Below are positions 39,165 to 53,862 of a DNA stretch of 64,000 bases, piece by piece. Where the stretch lies: positions 122,140,001-122,204,000 of the forward strand of contig OX597815.1 of assembly GCA_951406725.2 (NCBI GenBank). The letters are read 5' to 3'. A program made the position numbers and the translations under genes. Within the stretch, counting starts at the first letter, position 1. Each line of letters opens with the position of its first letter. Under the pieces are notes generated by a model, which searched no databases, was not told the DNA's origin, and was given only the letters and a program-made list of their open reading frames with translations. The DNA is from Octopus vulgaris (Eukaryota).

Positions 39165-41070
39165 GAGGTTGTTTGTAATGGCTAGTCAGAGAGTGGCCAT
39201 TGGATTTGCACCTCCACCATCAAATGAACTCTACATGAGGATGCTGCTAGAAAAGATCATTGACCTCATAAAGCACTTGAGATGGAAGGCGTACTTCTAT
39301 GACCAAGTCATGCCATCCTCAGAAGCCAATGCTTACAATATCAGATCCAGGCAGTTCCCACCCAGATCAAAGACCTCGAAGCCTTTCAAGCAGATCTACT
39401 GGACATCATCATCCCCAAACTGAGATTCCATAAGTCCTCTTGCTCCTTTCAGCACAAGCACTCTTCTGATTTACATCTTAAAAAATTCAGATAGGACTTT
39501 ACACTTGTCTGACAAAACAAAAAGTATATATAATGTAAACACATGCACATATTATAAGCTTTTAGAGAATAGCATCACACTGAAATATAAACATACTTCC
39601 CCACATGCATACGATAGTATTGACAACAAAGCCGAACAGTTGACCAACAGTCTAGGTACAGCTGATGGGTTTGAAGTATTAGCTAAGAGAAATGCCTTTA
39701 TCACCATCAAAGACCACAAACCAAACTTTGCCTCTTACCCTGAATGCTGCCTGATTAACCTGGCAAAATTGGAAATCAGGCTGGCAAGCAAGCATAAAAT
39801 GAGACAGATCAATAATGACATAAGGAGAGCATCTAGTCTCCTTATGGCAAAGTGCCAATGAAATTATTTTGTGGTTTAAAGTTCTCCCAATTTGATATAG
39901 TGGATGAGTGGCTGTGTGGTAAGTAGCTTGCTTACCAGCCACATGGTTCTGGGTTCAATCCCAGTGTGGCACCTTGGGCAAGTGTCTTCAACTATAGTCT
40001 CAGGCCAACCAAAGCCTTGTGAGTGGATTTGGTAGACAGAAACTGAAAGAAGCCCGTCGTATATATGTATATATATTTGTGTCTGTGTGTGTGTGTTAGA
40101 GTGTTTGTGTTTGTCCCTGCAACATCGCTTGACAACCGATGCTGGTGTGTTTAGGTCCCCGTAACTTAGTGGTTCGGCAAAAGTGACCGATAGAATAAGT
40201 ACTAGGCTTACAAAGAATAAGTCTTGGGGTCGATTTGCTCGACTAAACATGGTGCTCCAGCATGGCCGCAGTCAAATGACCGAAACAAGTAAAAGAGTAA
40301 AAGAGTAAAGAGCACATCAAAAAGGTTCTATCTGATAGGAATTTTACTTACAGTAGTGATAGGAACATAGGCATTATTATGCTTGCTAGGAAAACACTGC
40401 TGTTCAATAAAGGTTTGACTTGGATCAAACAAACTGACACAGTAGGCTCCTTCGATGTGACAATGGGAGCTTTCGACAGCACAATGTCTGCGAACTCATA
40501 GAATTGTATATACTGGACTCCTTAACAAAGAGGTTCTTGTCTGTCCTTTTTGGTTCATACAGAGATGCCATTTTAGCCATCTCTGAAGGTGCTAACAGAC
40601 ATATCCTAGATAGTCTTAGGGAGGGCCTAATTTGCACCCTTAGTTCCCTTGGACTTAAGATTACAATAGAGACCAACCTTATCATTGTCAACTTTTTAGA
40701 CGCTACATTGCACCTGGGTACTTGTTCATACAGGTCGTACTGCAAACCAAACAAAAAGCTGTTGCAGATTAAAACAGCCTCCTGCTACCCACCTATTATG
40801 TTCAAGAACCCAATGAAGGGTGTCAGTAAGAGGATTTTGAATCTGTCCACCAGTCAAGAAATTTTTGATGCTACAGACCCCTCTTATAATGAGGCTATGG
40901 CTCCAGCAGGTTTAAGCACCACATGTCTTATACACTGGGCCCTAACACCCACAAAAGGAGGTGCCACCATAAATTCATTGTTTGCTCTACCCTTATCACT
41001 CCACATGAAGACTTGTGTGGAAAGGATATTCCTTAGATTAGTGGGCAAACACTTCATACAGTCACATTAA
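39165..41070 (+). mobile_element. Penelope-like retroelement RT pseudogene, interrupted by a SINE
   Basis: IKHLRWKAYFY; SDKTKSIY; AFITIKDHKPNF..CCLINLAK; QFDIVD; IIMLARKTLLFN; FDVTMG(A)FD; YRDA; LGLKITIETNLIIVNFLDATL; YCKPN. Confidence 0.8.
39901..40310 (+). mobile_element. Full-length tRNA-derived SINE with CORE-like segment (reverse copies 42273-42668 and about 38730-39105; forward copy near 47445; many fragments)
   Basis: gtggctgtgtggtaag (A box), gggttcaatccc (B box), accttgggcaagtgtctt core, internal (TG)n, and (GAGTAAAA)n tail. Confidence 0.85.
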
Positions 41071-44000
41071 TGTGGTGGGACTGAACCTGAAACTACATAT
41101 TTGCAGGCAAGCTTCTTAGCCACACAGCCATGCCTGCATTTATTCTTTTTTATTTTTATCTTTTTTTTACAAACTTAAATAAATATTGATAAACCACTTG
41201 AAAGAAGAAAGACTATGGATGCTTGGGAAATGTATAAGATATGAAGGAACAGTTTAAGAACACGCTGGATTAAGGAACTGAATTCTATACACAAAAATTC
41301 TACTAAGATTAATATTAAGAGCTTGCTGTAAAAGTAGAAAGTTGAGATGTCTGGCCAACATCTTAGCTTTGTAAAATCGAACAAGTCAACACAGAAACAT
41401 GAGAAAAGCATTAATGCTATTATTATCTGTAGTTATTCATGCCAAAATCAGTTTTGCATTTTATCTTTTTGGAGTTAATAAATATAGTACCCCCAGTCTT
41501 GGGTTGTGGATTGGCAGAATTGTTAGAGCACTGGACCAGATGCCTTGTAGCCATTTGCATTCTGAGTTTGAATCTTGCTCTGGCCTATTTGTTTAATAGA
41601 CTAAATCTGTCACCAAGTTTAACACTTTCACCTGGGTCTATTAGCAGAGTCTGCTCTGTTACAAGTAGTTGGATCAGGTCTCTAGTTTGAGAAAACACTT
41701 TTCCCACTCTCCTTTTCATCAGTTTTAGAGACTTAGATACTGTACGTCCTCCTTGATTAAGAAATTTTAAAAAAAAGTTGATACAAGTCAATGATTTTCT
41801 GTGTGATTTTTCAGGACATTTTCTTCTGTTTCTGTTGCATCTTTGCTGTCTGGGGCCAACTTTAATTTTTTATTGTTTTTTTTTATAGCATGGTCAGAAG
41901 GAAAAGGTAGCTTCCATAAGTAGGGAGAAGGAAAATTATCCACATGATTAGAGACACAGCCTAAGTACTTGCAACAGATTGAGTTCCACTAAATCCACTT
42001 AAGAACTAAATAGTGTCATTAAACTGAGACAATTGATTATGGCTAATGTGAAAAAATGCAAAAGGATATGTCCAAGCAGATGGTTCAGTTACCTGCTGAA
42101 CTGTTTAAAATGGATTAGAAGTGAAACATTTGCTACCAAGGGTACTTAGCATAGAACTGGTGGAGCTCAGAACAGTAAACTGACTTAAAGTATTGGATAG
42201 TGTAAGGATACACTACAAGGATCATTGGACAAATCAATGGGTGTTACAAGTAAATGAAAGACAACAACACCTCTTTTACTTGTTTCAGTCATTTGACTGC
42301 AGCCATGCTGGAGCACCACCTTAGTCGAGCAAATCGACCCCAAGACTTATTCTTTGTAAGCCTAGTACTTATTCTATCGGTCTTTTGCTGAACCACTAAG
42401 TTACGGGGGCGTAAACACACTAGCATCAGTTGTCAAGCGATATTGGGGGACAAACAGACACACAAACATATACACACACACAAATATATGCACATACATA
42501 TATATGATGGGCTTCTTTCAGTTTCCGTCAACCATATCCACTCACAAGGCTTTGGTTGGCCCGAGGCTATAGTAGAAGACACTTGCCCAAGGTGCCACGC
42601 AGTGGGACTGAACCCAGAACCATATGTTTGGTAAGCAAGCTACTTACCACACAGCCACTCCTACGCCTGAACACAATGAAAAAAACAAAAGCTCATCTAT
42701 TATGGCCATATTCAAAGAAGGAGATGTGCAGTAAACATTATCATGGAAGGAAGAGTGGAGGGTAGTAGATCAAAAGGCAGGAAAAGAATACAAGGGATGG
42801 ACAATATCACAAGCTGGCTGGACAAAAATGGCAAGAGAGCTGGAGAACTTGTATTTAATCAGGAAGTGTAATGTGTTGCAGGTGTAAGATATATGATGAG
42901 GACAAGTGTATGGATGAATAGTAGGTGTCCATGATTAAACAGTGGTTGAACAATCCTGTAGGTGTCACAGACGATGATACTTTGACAAAGTTTAGGTTTG
43001 GAGGTGAGAAAGCAGTGGAGGATGCTTTGATGTGTCTGTGTTGATGTGATGATCACATATACAAGTAAGTGATGATATAAATTGTTGTAGATAGATTAAA
43101 TTGGGAAAAAATTTGGTTTCTATGGCAGTAACAATGGCTTGAGAGGAGTGAGAGAGAGGACCAAGAAGGGCTATGGTTAAAATCACTGAGAAAATGGACT
43201 TATGAGTAATAGTGCAAGATGACTATTCTTGATGAAAGAGAGGAGATAAGCCAAGAGTTGCTGGTAGTTGGAGGTGTTCAGAAAGTAACAGAGACAGTAG
43301 AGGACTGTAGGAGAATGAGGAATGAGTCAGAAGACCTGAAGGTCTTTGCAGTTGATATTCTGCTGAAGGAGGTGAGTAGTGGAGAGAGTTGATTAACTCA
43401 GACATCACCTTTCAGACATCACCTTTTTATTGATTTGGTCTCAAGGATGGAATTGTGGCTATGGTCTTCAGAGACTCATGGAAACTGATGATTCCAGTTT
43501 CTTTGCACAGTGTACCAGTAAGTTAACAGCTGCAGAAAAAATATATGCTTGGAGGGTATTTCAGCGAGATGACATTCTTGGGAGGAAGGGCTGGACACAG
43601 AGGTAAGTGTGGGCGTCTGGAGGATGAACACAATATAAGTGATAAGTAGAGGAGAGATGAGTGAGTTAAGAGTGCTTAAGTGGAGAAGTGCTTAAATGGA
43701 GGAGACACAGCCAGTTGCAAGGAGCAGATGTCATTGAAAAAGCTTCAAAGAAAGATTGTCATTAGCCCTCACAAGGATCCTTGTTCTCCTCTCATCCTTG
43801 CAAGTCTTGAACAATACTGAATTGAAACTCTAAAACTCTGTAAAAATGCTAGGCCTCACAATCAGTGATGAACACTCCTGAGTAGCCCCCTTATTCATGA
43901 CAGCAAAACCTCCATCCCCAAAGCAGCATTCTTCATCAGAGCCAAAAATTCTTCAGTATTAATCCATTACTGACTCTCTTCAAAGCTCATGTAAAACTCA

Positions 44001-45042
44001 CAATGGAATACTGCCTTCCCCACCAGAGATAGTATTGCTGATGGTGATATACACAAACATCCTAGCCTCCATCCAAAACAAAGCCATCCAGATGATTAGC
44101 TAAAAACTCAATCACCACTTTAACTACAACCAGTAGCATAGCTTGGGGTGATTTGCTCCAGGCAGCACCTTTATGAGGGCAGCACTTTTGGGTCTGTGGT
44201 GAAGGCTTGGGGGCCCAGAGGTTGGCAAACTCATGAACTACTACAGGTAACACACTATTTAACTATGCCACTGCTACAACTTTTAACCAAGAGATGCATT
44301 GTCTCTTCATTCTGCTTTTTACACTACTCCAATGATTTCTGTTCTTTGGAATTAGCTGTAGAGAAGCTAAACACAGAGAGGAACAATATGTTTGTAGGCT
44401 AGAGGCTAGTGTATAATGGAGAGCAATTTGGAGTGCATTGGTGATCGTTGACTAAACACCTAAGATGGGCTATTGACAAGTTATGAGAAATTTGTGCTTC
44501 AGAGAGGAACAAGATTTGTGTTTTATAATATAATAATATAGAATGTGATGGTGAGGTCCCTCATGTTCTTAAAGTACATACAGAGAGTAATTGGTTTGAG
44601 ACTTTTATAGATATTTGACTAAATAATCTGGACGTCAGCAAAATAAGTTAGATCAGTATTTGAAGAATGTGCAGACAAAAAGCTCATTCTATATTCAAAA
44701 CATGACAAAGGTTGTATATTCAGTGCCTCATCCCAATCACCAATAAGATAAAAAGAAAGAAAGCAAAAGAAATTGCAAAAGTATTGATTGAGTAGAATAT
44801 CATCATTGTTTTGCTACAATCTCAACATGAAAGATCATAGGTTTATACAGTTCTATATTCTACACCAAAGTCACAATTTCTAGCTTTTATATCAAGCTGC
44901 TAATCAGCAACAACATATTGACAAAAACTGAGAGATAAGACTTGGAACAGAGTGGAAAACTAATGAGAATGTTTAATGACTCCACCTTATCTGTCATGCA
45001 ATACTTTGGGTGTTGGTAATAACTACTATATTTTCTAGAACA

Positions 45043-45096
<54 letters not shown>

Positions 45097-45553
45097 TATG
45101 TTTACAAACACATGCATATATATATATATATATATACACATACATACATGCATATATATATATACACACACACACACATAATGCATACATGCATATATAT
45201 ATATATATATATGTATGTACGTACGTACGTACGTATGTATGTATGTATGTATGTATGTATGTATGTATGTATGTATGTATGTATGTATTGGTAGTAATTA
45301 GTCAAAAGAAATTAAGGAATTGTGCCAAAGTTTATTTATGTACAGGTATAAAGTTTTCAAATTTTCCAAAGAAATGAAATGAAATAAAATAGAATAAAAT
45401 AAAGTAAAATAAAGTAGAATATTTATAGTATTACATTTAAGAAATTTTCGTCTAATGTTTGAGAAAGTTAGTAGTGTCCCCCACCCCGCCCCAATATATT
45501 TGTACATATTGCCATATTTCCAACTGCTATGCATATATATATGTGTATGTATG

Positions 45554-45587
<34 letters not shown>

Positions 45588-46050
45588 CACAAGTTTGTGT
45601 GTGCACATAGCTGTTGGAAATATGGCAATGAATTACATTATATATGCATCAACAAGGACAGCAGAGAAAGATATAACTTTACATTGGAAGATAATAATAT
45701 AACAGAGACATTGGATCAGATCTCTAACTTGTGAAAATGGTGCTTGAAACTAAGGTGAAGGAGACGAGAAGAACATAAATGAACCAAATTACTGACATCT
45801 TTCTATAAAAGACAAGATTAGATTTCAACAGACACAACAAGTTACACATCATTAAAGAAGCAGAGAACACTATCCAGACAAGTGATAACTGTTACAATGT
45901 GAAGGTAATGACTGGGTGAAGATTAGAGACTCAAAGATAAAGTTCGTAGTAGGAAGAAAATATTATAAAATATGAAGTCGGTTGTTGAGGAAATGAGTGA
46001 ATTGTATAAAGTGAGTTTAAGCAAGAAATGAAGGTGGATGGAGGTTAGCT

Positions 46051-46652
46051 ATGGTAAGACCTCACCTGGAATTTGCATCACCGGTCTGGAACCCCTATCT
46101 TGCCCAGGATATTAATCATCTGGAAGCCGTTCAGCGACGTGCAACCAAAAGAATACCCTCCATCAGGCATTTGCCATATTCTGAATGCCTTACTTCCCTG
46201 GGCATGGACACATTGAAACTCCGACGTCTGGCAGCTGACTTGGCAGACACCCATAAAATTATTAACCATCTTACAAACAATAACTCTGAGCGCCTTTTCA
46301 AACTCCACCTGTCTAACCTGTGGACATATTTACAAAGTCAGAAAACAGCACAGCTCCCATGACTTTAGGAAACATTTTTTCACACTGAAAGTTGCTGAAG
46401 CATGGAACAAACTGCCGGCATCAGTTGTTAGTTGTCGGAGCATTGCATCCTTCAAAACTTCCATGCTTTCTGAGATTTGCCAACACTACACCTGATTTTC
46501 CCCCCTCCATACACACACAAGCATTTATCTGACTCATACATTGTTCACTTTCCAGACATTTGTACATTACTGCATATGCTTTATACGCACTTTCTGACAA
46601 GTTGTGATGCACCTGAGCGCTGTATACAATAATTTCATTATTATTATTATTA
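46051..46652 (+). mobile_element. 5'-truncated, little-degraded CR1/L2-clade LINE 3' end with (ATT)n tail
   Basis: MVRPHLEFASPVWNPYLAQDINHLEAVQRRATKRIPSIRHLPYSECLTSLGMDTLKLRRL, then a 3'UTR ending (att)n. Confidence 0.88.
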
Positions 46653-47603
46653 TACATCTACAGATAGGCATCATGTGGTGAATTGTTGAGCAAAGTACAA
46701 ACTCTAGTGAAATAAGTGTCCGTGAGTGAAACTAGGAAGTTTAACTAGCACTCCATCGATTATAATGATGAGGACTCCAGTTGAACCAATCGATGGAACA
46801 GCCTGCTCATTAAATTAACATGCAAGTGGCTGAGTATCCACAAACAAGCATACCCCTAATGTATTTTTCAGGGAGATTCTGAGTGACACAGAATGTGACA
46901 AGGCTGGCTCTCTGAAATACAGGTATTATTCATTTTTGCTAGCTGAGTAGACTGGAACATGAATTAAAGTGTTTTGCTCAAGGACAGTAGGAATTGAACT
47001 CATGACCTTATGATCATGAGCAGAATATTGTAACCACTAAACAACATGCCTTTATCAATTATGAAGTTAAGGTCTGTCTCAAAGATACAAGCTCATTAGG
47101 CTGGGATTCATCCTGGTTTCTCAGACATGTAAGGCATTCTGTGAGTGGGATGCTTGTGTATTGCAAGGTTATATTCCAACAGCTGCTGGGACACATTTTC
47201 AGCTGAGTAGACTAAGGTAGTGAAATGAAGCACCATTGCTTAAGGATACAATGAGCTGTCCAATCTAGGAACTGAATCCATGACCATATGATTATGATTT
47301 CAGCATCCTAACCAATAGATCATGTACTTTGACACAAGTCGGTGTCTTTAAGTGGAACTGAGGATTAGATACTAATAACACACAACACTAGACACGCTTG
47401 TGGATTATACCAGACTGCCATGAAGTAAATAAATACAAAAAAGGCACTGGTATGGCAGTGTGGTAAGAAGTTTGCTTTCCAACCACATAGTTCCTGGTTC
47501 AGTCCCACTGCATGGCACCTTGGGCAAGTATCTTCCACTTCATCCCTGGTCCTTGTGAGTGGATGTGGTAGATGGAAACTGAAAGAAGCCCATTGTATGT
47601 ATC

Positions 47604-47663
<60 letters not shown>

Positions 47664-49331
47664 TGTGTGTGCATGTGTGTATGTTTGTAACTATCTCCAT
47701 GTCTTCATGTGATAGTTGTAAACTTGTGTCACTGTCATATGAGCTATGTCATTCATTTCCTGGCAAAAATATCTGACTATGCAGAAATATTAGCTTACAC
47801 GGGAACAGGTAAGAATTGGTGGCAGGAAGGGCATCTAGCCATAGAAAACCCACCTCAATATATTCCATTCAATCCTTGCAAGCACGGAAAAATCAATGTT
47901 AAAATGATGATGTATATGTATGTGTGTTTGCATGTACCCTTGTCCAGACATCACATAATGGTTGTAAATGAGCATCATCATCATCATCATACAAGAGAAG
48001 TTGTTTGTTTCCAGTCTTCTGTGGAAAACATGACTAGCCATGGGGAAATTTTGATGATAGGAAGGGCACCTGACTTTAGAAAATGTGCCTCAGCAAATTC
48101 CATCTGACTCATACAAGCATAAGAAAGTGGGCATTAAATGATTATAATGATGACTATTAATGATAATGAAGATAAAAAAAAACAAAAACAGTATTCCCAT
48201 CAAAGATGAAATATAAAGACAATGTTGACATCAGAAAAATAGAACAAACATTGGTTGAAATACAAGCTTTGGTTCTTGTGCTGTATCTAGCCTGGGTAAC
48301 CTGAATTTAAAGATAGATGCAATTGTGGAATATGAGACATTCATCTGAAATGAGGCATTTACAAATAAACTGAAATGCAGAAGCACAAGTGCAAAAACAC
48401 TAACAAGATTACTGAATGACTGCTGGTAAGAAGTGTTCAATATGAGATGACATAAAACTAGGAATTATTGACAAGTTACCAAAAACACAGGAAACTAAAA
48501 TAACTGATGCAACATAACACTCATGTTTATCCTCAGTAAAATCTTCTTCTGAGTTATTCTGCTTATTCTATGGTAGGTAGTAAAAACAATGGTATGAGGA
48601 GCAGAGTAGATTTCATTACATGACACTGGGGATGAACAGATCTTTGTAATGGATGACATTAACAAGTTATGCTTCAAATTTCAGCAGCTACAGTCAACCA
48701 ATGCTATTGATTTCAAGAAAAGGTTTGAAAACATACGGTGGTATTCACAGTGGCGAATATCAACACTTTTATTCCTGTTTCTTTCTTTTCCATTCTTTTA
48801 TCTGTTCCAGTCATTAAGAATATGTTCCAGTCATTAGGACTGTATCCATGCTAGGATACAGTCTTCAAAACTTTCAGTCGATTATATTAGACTCCCATAC
48901 TTTGTTAGGTTGTTATTTTCTTAGTAGGGGAAAAGATGAAGTGGGGGTTGGAGGAAATAAAGGGAGATAACCAGAAAGTAAAGAATGTCATCAAACACCA
49001 GTTTGCATTTGATGGTACAATGTTTCCTTCACTCATCATCATCATCATCATCATCGTTTAGCGTCTGCTTTCCATGCTGGCATGGGTTGGACGGTTCAAC
49101 TGGGGTCTGGGAAGCCAGAAGGCTGCACCAGGCCCAGTCTGATCTGGCAATGTTTTTATGGCTGGATGCCCTTCCTAACGCCAACCACTCCATGAGTGTA
49201 GTGGGTGCTTTTTACATGCCATCGGCACAAGTGCCAGATGAGGCTGGCAACGGCCACGGACGGATGGTGCTTTTTACGTATATATATATATATATATTAT
49301 CATCATCCTCATCTTTCAACGTTCGTATATA

Positions 49332-49562
49332 CAGGGTTGGCCAAAAGTCACTCGACACTAAATCAAGATTCCATAAATACTATCTGTAATTCTGTATAGA
49401 CTCAAATGGAAAAATGTGTCGCTCAAGAAGGACTTCAGTTTGAACAATTTTCATGATGTTTCCTATTTAGATGCTTTTATTAAATTCACTCAGTTGTCAG
49501 ACAAATAAATCTTAAAATTAAATGATTTTGATTTACTGTCAGGTGACTTTCAGTCAACCCTG
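49332..49562. mobile_element. Tc1/mariner-type MITE
   Basis: TA|cagggttggccaaaagtcac ... gtgactttcagtcaaccctg|TA: terminal inverted repeats with TA TSD. Confidence 0.8.
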
Positions 49563-52500
49563 TATAATTTTATATTATTTTATATTATATTATTTATGAA
49601 GGTGCATGGCCTAATAGCTGGAGTGTTGGACTCACAAATATACGGTGACCTTGTGGAGTTCGCAATCTTAAGGTTGTGGATTAATTGCTCTAGTCTACTC
49701 AGATACTAAAATAAATACTAGGTAAGTAATGTTGCACCTCCTCCCACCCTACCTCACTCTATCACTCTAGCTATCACATCATGGACATTCCACTGGGCCA
49801 AGAGTGAGAAGATCAAGCTAGTGTACATGTCTGCTTGCAACAACATGACTCATGCTACTAGTTCATCCTTAATTTATGGTAATAGTTATCGTAATAGGAA
49901 TGTGTGTGTGAGAGAGAGTGTGTATGTGTATATAGGTTGTTAAATGATGATGATATATGAATATATATATTATGAGTTGGCATTTAGGAAGGGCATCCAG
50001 CTGTAAAAACACTGGAGCTCAATATAGTCCTAGGACAAATTGGGTACTGTCAAATCATCTAACTATGCCAGCATAGAACATAGACGTTAAATGATGTTGT
50101 TGATGATGGTCGTGGTGGTAGTGGTGGTGGTGGTCGTCGTCATGGTGATAGTGACTATTTCATATTGACAAGTGAGAGCAGTCTCATTAGAGAGAGACAT
50201 CTGCCACTTCATTAGATTACAGTGACATTTACTTGTATGACACATGTTGATCTCTAAGACTTCATAATTATGTATCCAGTAAGAAGCAAGATGACCAGAA
50301 ACTAGTTCAACTACCTGTTTTATATCAAAGGACCTTCTCCTATATTTTTGCAGATAAAGGATATCCACACATCAGTATGGATTTGACTTTGAAGTTTCTC
50401 TTTGCCAACAGATTTTGATACATGTTTGGACATGTCTGGACACAACAAAATTTTAATTAGAAATGCAATATAAACAGAATCACAAAATAGTAACATAAAT
50501 GAGTATGACAAAGAGCCCTGCCTGAATCATATCTTTCCTCCCTCTCACAGCAAAGAAATATCTAAAAAGGCCTGTAAGTCCACTTCATGATCCCAGCCAA
50601 ACCAAATGGATAAGGCATTGCCCTGAAAGATGGCAAGGGAGATGCACTGGAATAGCTATTCTGACTACAGGGATCACACTTGTGGATAGTCACCTCTGCC
50701 CTGATAGTGGTGAGCAGGGATATGATCCAGGAGCTGAGGACACTGGGGGTCTCCACTGCCACAGGCTCAACTATAGCCCTGTCAGAGAGCAGCTGATACT
50801 TTGGCAGTTTGCCCTTTTCGGCCTGACAAGCAGTGGAGCCTGGGCTGATAGCTGAACACACCAAGTTGCCACTAGAGAAGGTGTCATGTCACCACTACCC
50901 TTCACACACAAATTTACCTCTAGGGATAGCATATATAAACAGCAGAGTTCTGGCCAGTCAGCTTACTTGAAGTGCCAGAAGGTCAGGTATGTTGTGTAGG
51001 TGCAGAGATAATGATGGTTCAGCAGATTTATGATTTAAGAAAGACATCAAGGGTGCTTCAAGTATTTGTTGTTGGAGATGACAAAAAATGATTTACAGAC
51101 TCAAGGGTTGCAAAAAATTCAGTTTGTACACCAGTAACAACAGTGTGGGATGAGAACAAAAACCAAGAAAAATTGTAAACACTGAAATCATAGAAAATGA
51201 TGACTTCAGCATGGGGTGATGCAATATTGATGCAGGAGAAGATATGATTGCAAAGCTGATGACAGTTGAAAGAATTTAGATGTATCAAAGGAATCTGTGT
51301 ACACTTGCACAGATAGCCCCTTTTTGATTGAAGTCGGAGTAGAAAGTCTAGGCTCAGCAATAAAAAGGAGTTAATGATATGAGCTATGAAAATTTGTGAT
51401 GGGAAAAGGAAAAAGATGTGTAATTTGTTTGTTAGTAAGAGGTGATATGTGAAGTCAAAGCTGGAGAGGATTCCACAAATATCCAGGAAAAAGAGGCAAA
51501 ATTGTCCACTAAGTACAGCATAACACTTCTCTCATGCACACTACATCTGATGCCTTGTAAACCCAGTTTTTCTCGCAAATCATTTACACTCTGTCATATA
51601 TGTGCATGGACATTACCCATCCAGTGGAGTCACAGCCCATGTCTTACTGCCATGTAGCATAGCTGTTCATACAGTCTTTTACTCTGAGGGAGAGGCCCTT
51701 TGATACTAACAGAGATAGTAACTCTCTGAACTTTGTCCAGAATATTCTTATTCTAGCAGCTATATTTTCAACTACTAACTTGTTCACCTAAACTACTAAC
51801 TTGTTCACCTAAATAACAGAAACTGTCTACTATTTCTAAGAATCCCCACTGACATTTGAGGGACTTTACTTTTTATTCATTCCTAGTGTTTAATGTACCT
51901 GCACATCTGCTACATGTAAAGACTACTTTCTCTGTTAGTCTTCTAGTGATACCGCTGCATCTGTTATGTGTCCATAGCTTGCACTGAGTACACAATATGG
52001 AGTTTCTCCCAACACCTTTTCTACACACTGAGTAGGGCCATCTCCCTGAAGGGATATATAATTTGTCTGGTCAATTCTGTAATTCTAGAAGCCTTTTTTG
52101 GATGCTTGCAACAGAATGAACATCACTATGGACCACAATGTGGTATTAAACTTGGTGGTGTATGGGACCTGTCCTCACCAAAAACAAAATGAGAGAGGGG
52201 GTGGGAGAGAGAGAGGGGAAGAGAGAGAGAGCAGAGTAGGGGAGATGGTGGTGTTTTATTGTCACCAGTGCTTGAGAGGTTGTCTTCCTACATTCAGTGT
52301 ACCTTCTGAATGACCTGGATCCAAGATGATAGTAGAACTGAAGTCATTCCCAAGAAGTCATTTATAAGCAATGTTGTCTGTAAGTTTGCAAACTTAAATA
52401 AGAAGGGAAGTAAGTAATCATTCAGAGAGGGAGAAAAAGATAAAGGGAAGTCTAATGAATGGATTAGAAGACAAGATGGAGATTTGTGGAAGAGCTGAAT

Positions 52501-53862
52501 CAAATCAAATAGTGAGTAGAGTAAATTAAATGGAAGCAGAGGGGTTGGATAGGAATTGCGCCTTTGTAGTTGGTATGTTGTGAGGGAAAAGGCATATGAT
52601 AGGTAGGATTCTGTTCTGAGTAAGCAGTGAGCAGAAGACGGTCTGAACGTTTTATTAATAAAATATCAATGTCTGTTAATCCATGGAAATATTCCTTGAA
52701 TTGTTTGTCAAGACATCTGGAAGACTAGTTCCTTGCTTGATGGGAGAGGGTAACCAATAGTTTAGTGGGTTGTGATGGGTCAGTTAAGATATTTCGACTT
52801 GGAATTCACCCATCATTTTTTTTTTTTGTTACTCATATAAAAAATCTTGAGGTTATAACTGAAGGTTCTTGTTTGCTTTAGCTGTTGTGCCATCAAAAAA
52901 ATCAAACTTACAACTGCTTGCTTGTAAAACAAACCTCTTTAACATATGGCCAGTCTAGCACCCTAAACATATTTTGCAAACAGTAATGAAAATATTAACT
53001 TAAGTTTTAAATAAACAGTAATGCTCTCATGAGTTCACAGAAATGATTGTTCCACAAACTGAGGAATTCTTTTCAAAATCATTACCCAGGATGAGGTGAA
53101 AAAAAATGGGTGCTATTTTGGCATGTCATCTACAATTTAAAAGACAATTACTTTAGGTGAAATTTTGACAACTTTACGTTCCAAAACTTGCAGCTGCCAA
53201 ACTTGTCAGTCTATCTGCACCAGAAATGCTTTTTTCTATTATACTGATATAAATAACAAAATCCATTGCAATCTTTCACTGTGTCAAAGTTTAGAACTAA
53301 ATTTTTATTTTATTCAAGATGTCTCTTATGGAAAAGTGCATCAGTTAACTGGTAGAGGTACCAAGTTAATATGTGATTGGCTCAATATGTGTCATGAAAA
53401 ATGTTAGGAATTGGAGACGAGCCTGTGTAAATCAATGAAGCTTGGTTTGCAGGATACCAAAAATACAACAGAAGCAGAATGCTGCAAGGAGACTATGTAC
53501 CTGATTCAACTGATAGCAAAGCTGAAGCAGAAAATAACAGAAACCAAGGAAGACACATTGATGGACCTTGGGTCTTTGGATTGAAGGAAGGTGCAGATTG
53601 CTGCTATTTTTATGTAGAAAAAAGAAACCATGAAACATTTGAACCTATAATTTAAAGAGTGGTTGCAGAAAATTCAGTTATTCATTCTGACAAATGGCCT
53701 ACACACACTAATCTAAATCATCTAAATTTCTGCCTTTCCACTATCAACCACCAAAGACATTATGCTGATCCAAACACAAACCAATACTCAAGTAATTGAA
53801 AGAACCTGGTTGGATTTGAAAATTTGTATTTTGAAAAGGATAAGAGGAGTGAACCAAAGAAC

